Positions 40,060 through 53,300 of a DNA stretch of 64,000 bases are shown here, piece after piece. Each line of letters opens with the position of its first letter. The stretch's first letter is position 1. This DNA is from the human T2T-CHM13v2.0 reference genome, Homo sapiens. The position numbers and the translations under genes are program-made. Below the pieces are notes generated by a model that ran no database searches, had not been told where the DNA came from, and saw only the letters and a list, made by a program, of their open reading frames with translations. The stretch lies in NCBI RefSeq assembly GCF_009914755.1, contig NC_060926.1; one strand, given 5' to 3'.

Positions 40060-40382
40060 CACCCTGAAATGATTCCTTTTCTATCCCCTCAATGAAGGTA
40101 GTAAATTGGAAGCAAAACCTTAGTATCTAGGAGAGTTTTGAAGATTAGTACCATCAACAAAGATATAAAGGACAAACATGTGATTGTCCCAAATACATCC
40201 ACATTTCCTTTTACAGTTTTGGATGGATTATGGCAGGATTTAATAGACTACATAAAAACTTAACCAAATGATAGTTCCAATCACAAATGCTACACTAGTT
40301 GTGCTCCCTTTATGGGAACAGATCAACATAGTTTTTAGCACTTGGTATGACACTTCTCAATCCTCACTAACACCCTCTAGGC

Positions 40383-40688
40383 CAATGGTCTTCAACCTTT
40401 TTGGCACCACGGACCAGTTTCATGGAAGACAATTTCTCCATGGACTGGTGGAGGTGAGGGATGAGACTGTTTCGCCTCAGAGCAACCTAGATCCCTCCCA
40501 TGCATAGTTCACAACAGGGTTTGCACTCTTATGAAAATCTAAGGATCTAATGTCACCACTGATCTGACAGGAGGCAGAGCTCAGGTGGTAATGCTTGCTT
40601 GCCCACCACTCACCTCCTGCTGTGCAGCCTGGTTCCTAACAGGCCACAGACCAGTACCAGTCAGTGGCCCAGGGGTTTGGGACTCCTG
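40383..40688 (+). mobile_element. MER1B hAT-Charlie MITE
   Basis: caatggtcttcaacctttttggcacc...ggggtttgggactcctg termini with NTCTAGAN-type flanks ctctaggc/atctagag. Confidence 0.85.
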
Positions 40689-42519
40689 ATCTAGAGGGTA
40701 AGACCAAGTTACATAACAGATGACCCAGACTCTCCTGACACATCTGTTGCACCAACTACTTTTCCTCAGTTAATACTTATGTCTACATGGGGGATTCCTT
40801 ATTACTAACAAATAAGGGGGAAAAAACCTCAGTTCTATTTCATAGATGTGTCATGTTTATATGCTGGAGCTAGCAAAAATCAATTTCTGCCTCATCAAAT
40901 TCACATGCAGGGATGGCTCTTGAAGGACACTAGTGAAAGGAAATCCATCTGATGGGAAGAACAGGGGATTTGATTATTTGCATTGAATGGAGGAGAGATG
41001 ACCCAAGGTGGATCTGCACTAACTCCAGGTCTATAAGAAAAAGCTTGCCTGGTTTCTCAGGAGCTTGAAAGTAGCAAAGTTGGAAGATTAAAGACAAGAA
41101 AATTTGCGTGGAGACACGTAGCAGATCCTATGAAAGTGGGCACAAAATATGCAGAGTTTTGTGTCTTGTGTTAACGTCCACCAGAAAGTATGTACTGCAA
41201 AAGAGGCATTTTACAACCACATTGATAGATAACTTGTCTGTTGAATAGCCTCTTTCTTTGGCCACTTTCTTGTACTTATATAATAGGACACATAGAATGT
41301 GTTATTAATATTACGGCAGGTGTGAGATTCTGAGTGGGCACAAGAACATGGACTCTGACAAAGGCTGGTCATTTATTGCCACTGCTTGTGCTCAACTTGC
41401 CATTTGTAGAAACTAACACTGAACCATCAAGATTGCACAATTCCCTAAGTAGATCAGGTTGATTACACTGGGCTTGTTCCTCATGTAGGAAATAATGATT
41501 TGCCTTTACTTAAATTGACATCTACTCTAGATTTGGATTTGCCTTTTTTTTCAGTACTACCATTTGAGGCCTTCTGGAATGCCAGATTTATTTACATGAG
41601 ATCCTGAATAACATCATTTTAGACCGAAAGTCTAGTTTTATTGTGAGGTCTATAAAAATGTGTGCATAGTCCTAGAATCCACTTGTCCTACCACAGACAT
41701 CTTTCAGATGCTTTCAGCCCAATAGAGAAATGTATTGTCTATCATAAGCTCAGCTATGACACCAGTGTGGGGTTAAAATATTACAATGTTGGGTGACAGT
41801 CTCATAGGATACAATATATGTATTAATGGTGGATGATAGATGGTCCCGTTTCTCCAGCATACTAGTACAGGAACCCAAGGACAGGTGTATGATCAACCTC
41901 TTTCACCATCTTTCCCAATACTTGTGCTTCTTATCCTGAAAATTTAGGCTCATCTCTTATAGAAATCCTAATTCTCAGTGTGGAGAAGGGCTCTTCCACC
42001 AGAAGACATAGTAAACAGTGAACTTGAAGCCTGAACTATCACATCATTATTTTGGCCTTCTTATGCCAGCAGATAAACTGGAAAAAGTAAAGAGCTACCA
42101 CTTTGATTTCTGGCTGGGGGAATTGACCCTAATTACCATGAAGAATTAAAGGTGTTGCATTAAAATGGGAAAGAAAATAGTACACAAAAGAATACAACAA
42201 GAGCCCAGAAGATTCGCTAGGCGTCTCTTGATGCTGATTTGCCCAGTGATGATATAAACAGACTATTGCACCAACCATGGCTAATAAGGGTGAATAAAGT
42301 ATAGACTCCAATTTCTCCATGCTGAAAGCCTGAATCAGCACAAGCAATCTAGACTTCATAATACCAGCCAAGAGTGAGGCAAATTTTAAGTGGAAGTGAT
42401 GAAGATCAATCAAGTCTTCAGTACTAATTGCTGCAGAGACTGTTGCTTATTCCACTAACCTTCCTGTATTGTGTTTTTGGTACAATTTGCCACTAACTAC
42501 CACCTGAAATCTCGGTGAC

Positions 42520-43092
42520 TTACATTAGTTTGCTGTGGTTACAAGAGTGCAAAGACTCTATTACATAGCTCACAAGGTCTTGGCCCACCTTTTTTTTCTG
42601 GCCATTCCTACAGTAACTACTTGATTACAGGTGGAGCCTGATAGAACTTCACCTAAGGTGCACCATTTGTATCTTGCTTTCTGCTTTGAGGCTTCTGTAT
42701 TGATGGCTGGCACACCCTTGGGGGCTTGCTCAGTCATTCTGGTACATGCACACTTTGGAAGTCTTAACAGAAGGAAGGAAGTTCAGATCTCCTGTGAACA
42801 CTTGACCAATGGGAAATGACTGAAAAAATACATCCCTTTTCTGCATCTTGAACAGACAACTTTGAAGTCAATTATACAAAGTTTCTAGCAAGGTCTCCAG
42901 AAGAATTAAACCGCCAATGCCCACAGCTGGAACCAGTTGCATAACATCTTGGGGGTTGATATCCTTCTTTTCCTCTTTTGTTCATTCAAGTCCTGATACT
43001 CTGATTCCCTAGGGAAACTTTCCACAGTGAACTATTTATATGAAGATCCCTGTCTTAGGCCCTACTTTTTTGGGGAAAAGCCAAGTAAAGAA
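42520..43092 (+). mobile_element. LTR16-family LTR (3' LTR of the ERV-L element)
   Basis: gaccaatgggaaatg...tgcccacagctggaaccag...ccctgtcttaggccctactttttt ggggaaaagccaagtaaaga. Confidence 0.65.
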
Positions 43093-43249
43093 AATTAGTT
43101 AAATTGGAGCTTTCAGCTTAACCTCTTGTTGATTATGAAACCACTGTAGAGTTAAATCACTGTACAGGTGTAAGTCCTTATCATTATTGTTTTCATTTCT
43201 CATTAAACTAATTTTTAACTGGTGTGCCTTAGAGCGCTGGTCTTTAGGG

Positions 43250-43490
43250 GTCCTTCCTTAACAAGAGTTATATATTTAAATACATTTTGGAAATACTGAA
43301 TATGTATATCTCTTAGAGGCTTATAAAATACATTGTGTATTCGAGGTTATAATAAATCCTATAGCAAGTAATCCTATTCAATTTTGCTTAATTTCTTATT
43401 TCCCAAATTTATTTGACAAGGAAGCTCTGTTTTCACCTATCAAAATCTCACAATGTAGTGCTCCCAGAAAAACATTTTGGAAAATTCTGT
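43250..43490 (-). mobile_element. MER103C-like MITE
   Basis: tttcccaaatttatttgacaaggaagc...aacattttggaaaattctg. Confidence 0.55.
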
Positions 43491-45203
43491 TATTTTAGAG
43501 AAAGTCACAGGAGCATTGAGTACTTTGACTTAAGTCCTTGATAAATAGTTTTTATTCGCAGTTTGAGGATCAATTTAGTCAATTTGTCCAGATGTCAGTG
43601 GATTACATACAATAGTTAGGAAAGGAGTTTTGCTTCCCATTTCAGAATCTGTTTGATTAAGTAAGAACTAAGAATAATCCCTATAAATAGGTTTTATAGT
43701 TTGGGGAGAAAATGGTTCCCCCCTTATTTTCTGGGGGATGCCATCAATGAAAGCATGTAATTTTTTTTTAAATTTGGGCAGGCATTTGTTACATAATTAA
43801 ATATAATAAAACATGTAAACTACTGAGCACAATGCCTGGCTCTTAGCAACTACTCAGTAAATATTGACCTTTTTTTAAAAAAATTATGACTATTATTGTG
43901 ATTATAGTAGTATTTATAATTTCTTCAAGGAGTTAAAGCAGGGGGTTTTCAACCCTGGTCATCTATCTGGATCATTATTCAAAATGCAAAACCAGAAACT
44001 TTGGAGTGAGATTTTGTTATCTGCATTTTTGAAAAGCTTCCCGGTGAGGGCATAAAACTACAGCATACCTGAGGTTAGCCTGAAAAAGAAGGTTAGTGAT
44101 ATTTAAAATGTAAAGTCTTCTAGAATTAAGGGTCAGTTCCAATATATGTTAATTATACTAAACAAATTTTAAGTTGTGGGGTCGGAATGGAAGAATTCAG
44201 GACTTTTAACAATATTTGATCAGGCAAATAAGGGAAATGATGCAATACAGCTTGAGAGGAACCAAGTTCAGCTGTGAAAAAAAGTGCTACTAATATTTTG
44301 CCCAGTACTTAAAGTTATCTCTTCTTGGAATTTTACATGTTTAATTGTACTGTTTACTGATAACACTTACATCTTGCCTCTGCACTTAGAATCAAATTGC
44401 AATATTTTACATGTGGTATTTATTTTTTGCTTAATGTATTCCTGGAAGACATAGCTCTCCAAGGTTGAAGGAAAAGGTATACTGCAGATCCTGTTCCAAT
44501 GAGAGAAAAAACAAACTGGCAAATTATCTCTGGATGTTTGTCTCTTGCTGAGCTTAATCTCTAACAATTTATTGTACAAGAATAATAAACAATTGGAAAA
44601 TATAATGGGAAAAATTAGTCTATTCACAATAATATCATCAACAACAATTACTGCAATATTTAAAACTTACCAAAATGGTAGGACCTATGTAAAAATAATT
44701 GTAGAACTTGGTTGAGAGTCCACAAAAGGAAACATTTCTTGATAAAAAGCCTCAAAACTCTAAATACTTAAACTATCCCAACATTAATCTGCACATTTAA
44801 GTACATCTATTCAAGAACCTAATTTTGTAAAAGAAAACACATTATTATGATTCAAAATTTCGCCTGACAGAATAAATGTGTGAAAATAACCTGGATAATA
44901 TACAAAAAGAAAACAAAAACAATAGAGTAATGCATAGTAGACACTATAGTTGTCTTCTTAATGATCATTTCACCCCTTTTCCGTTGAGTAACAACAATAC
45001 AGTTTGGAAAATAAACCCAACAAAATGAAGATTGGCCTAATTCCAACCTCATTGTCTGTGCCTGGTCAGAAATGGGCATATTATTCAGAGATGCTAGAAG
45101 ACTTCCATTTTAGATGAATACCTTGAGCACCAGAATCAATCAATTTTAAAGCCTATCTATATCCACCAGAGATTAGACAGGAAACAGAAGCTACTGTAAA
45201 CAG

Positions 45204-45405
45204 TTTTTTGTTTTTTTTTTTTGGTGAGAGAGAGTCTCCCTCTATCAGCCAGGCTGGAGTGCAGTGGCGTGATCTTGGCTCACTGCAACCTCTCTGCCTC
45301 CTGGATTCAAGCAATTCTCCTGTCTCAGCCTAATTCCAGCAATTATCTTGCCTCAGCCTCCTGAGTAGCTGGGATTACAGGTGCCTGCCATGACACCTGG
45401 CTAAT
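45204..45405 (-). mobile_element. AluS right arm only, fused to L1PB
   Basis: Poly-T plus right monomer up to cacctggctaatt. No left arm and no TSD. Confidence 0.9.
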
Positions 45406-48400
45406 TCTTGTAGGAGTAAGGTGGTATCTCACTGTGGTTTTAATTTGCATTTGCCTGATGATTAGTGATGTTGAGCATTTTTTCATTTGCCTGTTGGTCG
45501 TTTGTATACGTTCTTTTGACAAATGCTTATTCATGTCCTTTGCTCACTTTTTAATGGGATTATCTTTTTTATCTTGTTGACTTATTTGAGTTTCTTGTAG
45601 ATTTTGTATTGTAGTCCTTCGTTGGATGCATACTTTGTAAATATTTTGTTTTATTCTGTGGGTTGTCTGTTTGCTTTGTTGATTATTTCTTTTGCTGTGC
45701 AGAAGAGTTTTAGTTTAAGTAGGTCCCACTTGTTTATTTATTTGTTTTGTTGCATTTTCTTTTGAAGTTTTAGTCATACATTTTTTGCCTATGCCAATGT
45801 CCGAAAGAGTTTTTCCAAGGTTATCTTGTAGAATTTTTATGGTTTCAGGTCTTATGTTTAAATCTTTAATCCATCCTAAGTTGATTTTTGTATAAGGTGA
45901 GAGATAGGGACCCAGTATCATTCTTTTCTATGTAGCTAGCCAGTTTCCCCAGCACCATTTATTGAATAGGGTCTCGTTTCCCTAATTTATATTTTTGTAT
46001 GCTTTGTTGAAAATCAGTTGGTTGTAAGTATTTGGCTTTATTTCTGGGTTCTTTATTATTCTGTTTCATTGGTCCATGCCTACTTTTATACCACTACCAA
46101 GCTGTTATGGTAATAATCTTGTTGTATAATTTGAAGTCAGGCAACGTGATGCCTCCAGATTTGTTTATTTTACTAAGGATTGCTTTGGCTATTTGGGCTC
46201 TTTTTGTTCTGCATGAATTTTCGGATTTTTTTTCTAATTCTCTGGAAAATGATGATTGCAGTTTAATTGAAATTGCACTGAATCTGTAGGTCGCTTTGGG
46301 TAGTATAATCATTTTTCCCAATATTGATTCTTCTCATTAATGACTATGAAATGTGTTTCCATTTGTTTTTGTTATCTGTGATTTACTTCAGCAGTGTTTT
46401 GTAGTTCTCCTTGTAGAGATCTTTCACCTCCGTGGTTAAGCATATTCCTAGATATTTTATTTTTTTATTTTTACAGCTGTTATAAAAGGGTTTGAGTTCT
46501 TGATGTAATTTTCAACTAAGTCGCTGTTGGTGTATAGCAGTGCTAATAATTTGTGTACATTGATTTTGTATCCTGTTACTTTAGTGAATTATTTTATCAA
46601 ATCTAGGAGTCTTTTGGAGGAGTCCTTAGGGTTTTCTAGGTATACAATCATATAATCATTAAACAATAATAGTGTGACTTTCTCTTCTTCAATTTGGATG
46701 CTCTTTATTTATTTCCTTTTCCTGATTGCTCTGGCTAGGACTTCTACTGCTATTTTGAATAGAAGTGGTGAAAGTGGGCATCCTTGTCTTGTTCCTGTTC
46801 TCAGGGGGATTGCTTTCAACTTTTCCCCATTTAGTAAGATGTTGGCTGCGAGTTTGCCATATATAGCTTTTCTTATTTTGATATAAGTTCCTTCTATGCC
46901 TAGTTTGTTGAGGATTTTTATCATAAGGGGATGCTGGATTTTATAGAATGTTTTTCTGCATCTATTGAGATGATTATAAATTTTTTGTTTTTAATTCTTG
47001 TTTAAGTAATGTATCTTTTTATTGACTTGCATATGTTAAACTATGTTGGCACACCTGGTATAAAATACACTTGATCATGGTGTATTATTTCTTTGATGTG
47101 TGGTTGAATTGGGTTAGCTAGTATTTTGTTGAGTATTTTGTTGTGTCGCTATTATTCATTTTAAAGAATTTTTAAATTTCCATATATATTTCCATGTTCA
47201 TCAGAAATATTGTTTTGTTGTTGTTGATGTTGTTACATCCCCTCCTAGTTTTGGTATCAGGGTGATACTGGCTTCATATAATGATTTATGGAAGATTTCC
47301 TCTTTTTCAGTCTTTTAAAATAATTCCAATAGGGCTGGTATTAATTATTCTTTGAATATCTGGTAGAATTTAGCTGTAGCTGTGAATCCATCTGGGCCTT
47401 GGGCTTTTTATTGCTGGCAATTTTAAAATTTCTGATTGCTATTTGTCTATTCAGGGTTTCTATTTCTTGCTGATTTAATCTAGGAGATTTGTATGTTTCC
47501 AGGAATTTATTTATTTCCTCTAGATTTTCTAGTTTGTGTGCATGAAGATTTCATAGTATTCTCAAAACATCTTTTGTATTTCTGTGATGTTGGTTGTAAT
47601 GTCTCTAGTTTCATTTCTGATTGAGCATGTTTAAATCTTCTCTTTTTTATTGGTTAACCTAGCTAATGGCCTATCAATTTTCTTTATTTTTTCAAAGAAC
47701 CATCTTTTGTTTCATTGACATTTTGTACTGTGTTTCAGTTTCATTTAGTTCTGCTCTGATCTTTGTTATTTCTTTTCTCCTGCTAGCTTTGAGCTTGCTT
47801 CATTCTTGTTTCTCTAGTTTTTTGACATGACATCAGATTATCAATTTATGATTCTTTAGAATTTTTGATATAGTCATTTTGTGCTATGAACTTTCCTCTT
47901 AGCACTGCTTTTACTGTGTGCTAGAGCTTTTGATAAGTTGTGTCACTATTATTCATTTTAAAGAATTTTTAAATTTCCATCTTAATTTCAAAGATACAAA
48001 GATCCTTTAGGAGCAGATTGTTTAATTTCCATTTATTTGTGTAGTTTTGAAGATTCCTTTTGGAGTTGATTTCTAGTTTTTTCCTACTGTGGTCTGAGAA
48101 GGTACTTGATATAATTTTGACTTTTAAAAACTTATTGAGACTTATTTTGTGGCCTATCATTTGGCCTCTCTTGGAGAATGTTCCATATGCTGATTAGCAG
48201 AATGTATATTCTGTGATTCTTGGGTAGAATGTTCTGTAAATATTTGTTAGATCCATTTGTTCTAGAGTGTAGTTTATGTCCATTCTTTCTTTGTTGACCT
48301 TCTGTCTCAATGATTTGTTTAGTGTTCTCAGTGGAGTATTGAAGTCTCCCTTACTATTGTGTTGCTGTCTCTCATTTCTCAGGTCTAGTAGTAATTGTTT

Positions 48401-51400
48401 TATAAATTTGGGAGCTCCAGTGTTAGGTATATATAAATTTACAATTGTCATATTTTCTTTTTGGATTGATCCTTTTATAATTGTATAATGACCTTCTTTG
48501 TCTTTTTTTTTAACTGTTGTTGCTCTAATGTCTGCTATATCTGATATGAAAATAGCTACTTCTGATCACTTTTTGTTTCCATTTGTACGGGATATCTTTT
48601 TCCACCTCTTTACCTTGAGTTTAAATAAATCCTTATGTGTTAGGTGAGCCTCTTGAAGACAGCAGATATTTGGTTTGTAATATTTTTTTACCAATTTTAC
48701 CAATCTATATCTTTTAAGTAGAGCATTCAGGCCACTTACATTCATTGTTAATATTGAGTTGTGAGGTATTGTTTCATTCATTATGTTTATTATTACCTAT
48801 ATCCTTTGTTTTCTTCATTGTGTTATTGTTTTATAGGTCCTGTGAGTTTTATGCTTTCTAGAGGTTCTATTTTTGGTTCATATAGAGCTTTTGCTTCAAG
48901 ATTTAGAATGCCTTTTAGTATTTCTTGTAGAGCTGGTCTGATAATGACAAATTCCCTCAGCATTTGTTTGTGTGAAGATGTCTTTATTTCTTCTTCATTT
49001 ATGAAACTTTGTTTTGTTGAACACAAAATTCTTGGCGGTTATTCTGTTTAGGGAGGCTAAAGATAGGATCTGAATTCCCTCTGGCTTGTAAGGTTTCTGC
49101 TGAGAAGTCTGCTGTTAGTCTGATAAGTTTTCCTTTAGAGATTATCTGATGCTTTTATCTCATTGCTCTTAGAATTCTTTTCTTCATGTTAACATTAGAT
49201 AGCCTGATGACCATATGTCTTAGTTAAGTCCTTTTTGTGATGAATCTTCCAGGAGAGATTCTTTGAGCTTCTTGTATTTGAATATCTAAGTCTCCACTAA
49301 AGCCAGGGAAGTTTTCCTCAATTATTCCCTCATATAAGTTTACAATCTTTTTGCTTTCTCTTCTCCCTCAGGAACATCAATTATTCTTAGGTTTGGCCAT
49401 TTTGCATAATCCCATATTCCTTGGAGATTTTGTTAATTTCTTTTGATTCTTTTTACTTTACTTATGTCTGGTTGAGTTAATTTGAAAGCCTTGTCTTTGA
49501 GCACTGGAATTCTTCCTTCTACTTGTTCTAGTCTGTTATTAAAACTTTCCACTGCATTTTATGAATGGGTGGAAATGTACCATAAGTGAGCCTTCATTTT
49601 CAGAAGTTCTGATTTGTTTTTCTTTAAGACATCTACCTCTTTAGAAAAGTTTCATTCGTATCCTGAATTGTTTTTTAAATTTCTTTATGTTGATTTTCAC
49701 CTCTCTGTGATATTTCCTTGAGTAGTTTAATAATCAATCTTTTGAATTCTTTATCTGCTATTTCAAAGATTTGGTCTTGGTTTGGGTCCATTGCTGGATA
49801 GCTAGTGTGATCTTTTGGGTGTGTTATAGAACCTTGTTTTGTCATATTACCAGAATTATTTTTCTGGTAATTATTATAGAGAGTCTTTGTATGATGGCAT
49901 TCTCAGATGCTCATTGTAGTCCCAATGTGTACGGTGTGTGAGCAAGTTCACTGTTTCCTATGGGGTTGGAATGGCAGTGATCTCTTGAAGCTTATCTAAT
50001 TCCCTTGTGGTGTGTACTTTTTTATTTATGTATTTTTTTCCCCAGTATTTTATTTACTGGTTGAATAGTTCAGGCTTCAGGCCAGTAGAGGGGGTGTCCA
50101 TGGGTAGAAACCAGTTGTGGCTAAAGCAGGTGGGTAAATGCCATACCCAATGGAGGGCAGAAGTCCTAGCCTTGACAGAGGTGGCTGGGGGACCTTTCAG
50201 TGAAATGCACTGAGGTCTTATCAGGAGGAAGTGTGGGAGCTACCTTCACTCCCCTGCGAGGCCAGCATGAAAGCTCTCCACCTCCCAGACACACTTTTAA
50301 CTCAGTGTTCTAGCTATTCAGATTAGACAGGCACCTCTTTTTATCTGCAGGAATGTTAATGTTCCAAGTAAAGAGGAATTGTGACTTTATGTCTCATGCC
50401 AGCCTGAACCTGAAGGATGCTCCTTCTGTGGGGATGCAGTCACCCTGAAGTTTTCCACGAAGTCTATTTATAGGTATACCCATGCCAAACTCCTGTGGAA
50501 GAAGCTTCAGCTGTGTCTGCAGCGGTGGATGAGTGGGAAAAGAAGTCCCCTTCTCCAAGTCCCTTCACAAGCACCAGAGTTGCCTGATTATTGGGGTACA
50601 GCTTCAGACTTTCCCTGCTGAGCCCAGCACTTCAAGTGTCCCCCTGCTGAATGAAACTTTTCACCAGCAGAAAGGTCTGGGAGTCAAGGCCCATTGTCCA
50701 GAATCTTTTGATCCATGGGGTGTTCCCTTGATGTGATACACTCTTCCTTACCCTAGGAGTAGGAGTCCTTGAACACCAGACTACTGTGAATGCTATTGCT
50801 CCTCTGGGTCTAGCCACCCAGTGGGGCTGCCACACTTTAGGCAGGTGCTGGAAAATGTCTACAAGGGATGCAATGATATTACCTGTCCTCAAGTCTCCCA
50901 GCAGCAAGTACCAGCACCATTTGTGATGGGAGTGGCAAGCGAGTGACATGGAATCTATGAGATTTCTTGGTTATAGATATCCTTATTCTGTTTGCTTTCT
51001 CAAATGCCAATTGTAGTATTAATGAACTGATCATGTGGATAGACTCAGGACCTCAGGCCATGCTGCTGCAGGCAATGGTTATAAGTGAAGCCACACACAA
51101 GTTTTCTCATTTGGTGCAGTGTTATTCCACCAGGAGGTGCTGTAATGGACTGTGCTGGTTGGCCTGAAGCCAGGAGGTGGCACTTGCAAAAGAGTGCCAA
51201 CTTCTATAATAGCAGTGGGATTTGTGCTTGCCAATGTTACCTAAGGGAGGTACTCTGGTTTCTCAGGCAAGGGGTAGGGTCATAAAGCTCCTGAAAGTTT
51301 CTGTCCTTTGTGTTAAGCTGCCACAGCAGGTGGCGGCTGAGTGGGGGCTGTGTCAGGCAGGTCTGCACTTGGACTTTCTGAGTGGGGCAGGCAGGAGCCC

Positions 51401-52290
51401 TGTGGGGGTCAGAGGGCAGTTCTCTGGCTACTGGGGTAATGTTCCAGGGACAAGTATAGCTGCCTCTGCTGCACAGAACACTTCACACAGGAAATGGAGA
51501 GAAGCAGGTGGCACTAAGCTCCACCCAGATACCACACACTTGGCAAGGCAGATCTTACACCCACAGGTTTCTAGCAGCAGCAAGCTAAGTTCCAGTTTGA
51601 GCTCTCAGAACTCAAAACTGCCCCAGGCCATAAGCCTTCCCATGGCAATAGCAACTATGGCTTTCATGCCATGCCCCTCCCAGTTTGCCTGCAAAGTCAG
51701 GATGCCCAGATCCTGTGTTTGTGACTGCAGTGCACTTCTCACCTGCCCTCCAGCTCTGGCCAAGGGAGTTCATCCCCACTCAAGGTTATGTTGAGAAGTT
51801 CAGCTGTGAGTTTCTGTCAACCTGCAACCACTGCCTGAGTTAGCTGGCAGACTTCTACGAGGTCCCCTGTGAGGTAGAATAAGGAGTGGCTTCCCTTGGT
51901 CCACACTGGAGACTGAGAATACAAACAAGGCTCTTCCTCATGCTGCTCCTACTTTTATATTTATCACTGCTCCCTAAATCGGTTCCATTACTTGGTAATG
52001 TTGAGGTCTTCCCCCATGACCTGGACTTCCAGGTTCCCTGGTGGGAGTGTATATTCTGGAGGCAGTCTCTCTTCATCTCACACTCTGGGAAGTTAGAGTT
52101 TTCCACCTGGCTCGTGGAATAGGCTACAGCCTGTTGCTTCCTTCAGAGGGTTTACGGATTCTTTCAGATTTCCTGTTAAGTTCCTGTGTTGGTTCTTTGA
52201 AAAAAAGTTCACAGTGTGAATCTCTACACACTACTTTGTCTTTCCAAATGGGAGAGACATGCTAACACTGCCTCCAATCCACCATCTTGG
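45400..52290 (-). mobile_element. Dead L1PB-like element (5'UTR, ORF1, most of ORF2; 3' end missing)
   Basis: Minus-strand ORF2 pieces ([46 protein letters not shown]), ORF1 C-terminus (KQMLREFVIIRPALQEILKG) and 5' terminus ccaatccaccatcttgg. Confidence 0.92.
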
Positions 52291-52774
52291 AGAAAAATAA
52301 AATGGCAATTAGTATTCATAAATGAGCAATATCCCTCTGACTTGGCTCCTTTCTGCCCCATCCTGTTTAGCAAGATAGATATGCAGTCTATTACTTATTT
52401 AGGGTCTTTCTAAAACTTTAATTATTCATCCTCTAATCCACAATGCAACATTTTTCTGAGCCTCCTAGACCTTTGGCACCTCTGTGACATTTCAGGTGGC
52501 TCTGTGACATTTCAGGTTTACCTTGATATAACAAACTGGTCTTGCAATTTTACTCCACTGATTACAGAGCTGTTTCTAGTCAGTTCTCCCCACACATGCC
52601 ACCAAATGACTAAAGTGGTGTTTGAAAGGTATGTACCAGAAATGGCATATATTGGATTGAAAACTAAAGTGGTCAGTAGAAAGATATATGCCATAAATCA
52701 TGCTTTAGGATGAGTGTACCTCATATACTCTCTAAAAATAAATAATTAGGAGCTCATTTATAAATATAAATTTA

Positions 52775-53300
52775 CCATACACAATAGAATACTATTCAGC
52801 CATAAAAAAGTATAAAATTCTGTCATTCACAGCAAGATTGATGATCCTGGAGGACATTGTGTTAAGTGAAATAAGACAGGCACGGAAAGTTAAATATTGT
52901 ATGTTCACACTCATATGTGAAATCTGAAACTTTGTTCTAATGGAAGTAGAAAGTAGAATAGTGGTTACTATAGGCTGAAAAAGGTGTAGTGGGCGATAAA
53001 GAGAAGGTGGTTAATGGATACAAAAGTATAGCTGAAGAGAAGAAATGAGTTCCAGTGTTCTATAGCACTGTAGGGTGACTATGGTTAACAATAATTTATT
53101 GTGTCTTTTCAAATAGCTAGAAGAGATTTTGAATATACTCAACAAAAAGAAATAATAAATGTTTGAGGTGATGGATATGCTAATTACCTGGATTTGATCA
53201 TTGCACACTGTATACATGTACTGAAATATTACACTGTATCCCATAAATATGTAAAATTATTATGTGTCAATTAAAAGTAATAGTAAAAATTTAATAAAAC
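52775..53300 (+). mobile_element. L1MA (MA4/5-like) 3' end
   Basis: gaatactattcagccataaaaaag...gtttgaggtgatggatatgctaattacc...tatgtgtcaattaaaa. Confidence 0.85.

Larger units (their letters stand above)
38808..42500 (+). mobile_element. Decayed ERV-L class internal region (HERV16/ERV3-16A3-like) with gag/pol remnants
   Basis: Starts with a Leu-type PBS-like tggtactagaaatgg. ORF 40268 (IVPITNATLVVLPLWEQINIVFSTWY) resembles ERV-L RT (VTPIAAAVPDVVSLLEQINTSPGTWY). RNaseH-like cttgaaggacactagtgaaaggaaatcc near 40920. Confidence 0.7.

Noticed and set aside
45343-49051. Chain of - strand ORFs with L1 ORF1/ORF2 similarity
   Set aside because: Disrupted L1PB remnants.
51222-51794. Longest ORF in the track (190 aa)
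   Set aside because: Lies antisense in the GC-richer L1PB 5'UTR with no recognisable domain, so most likely a chance ORF.
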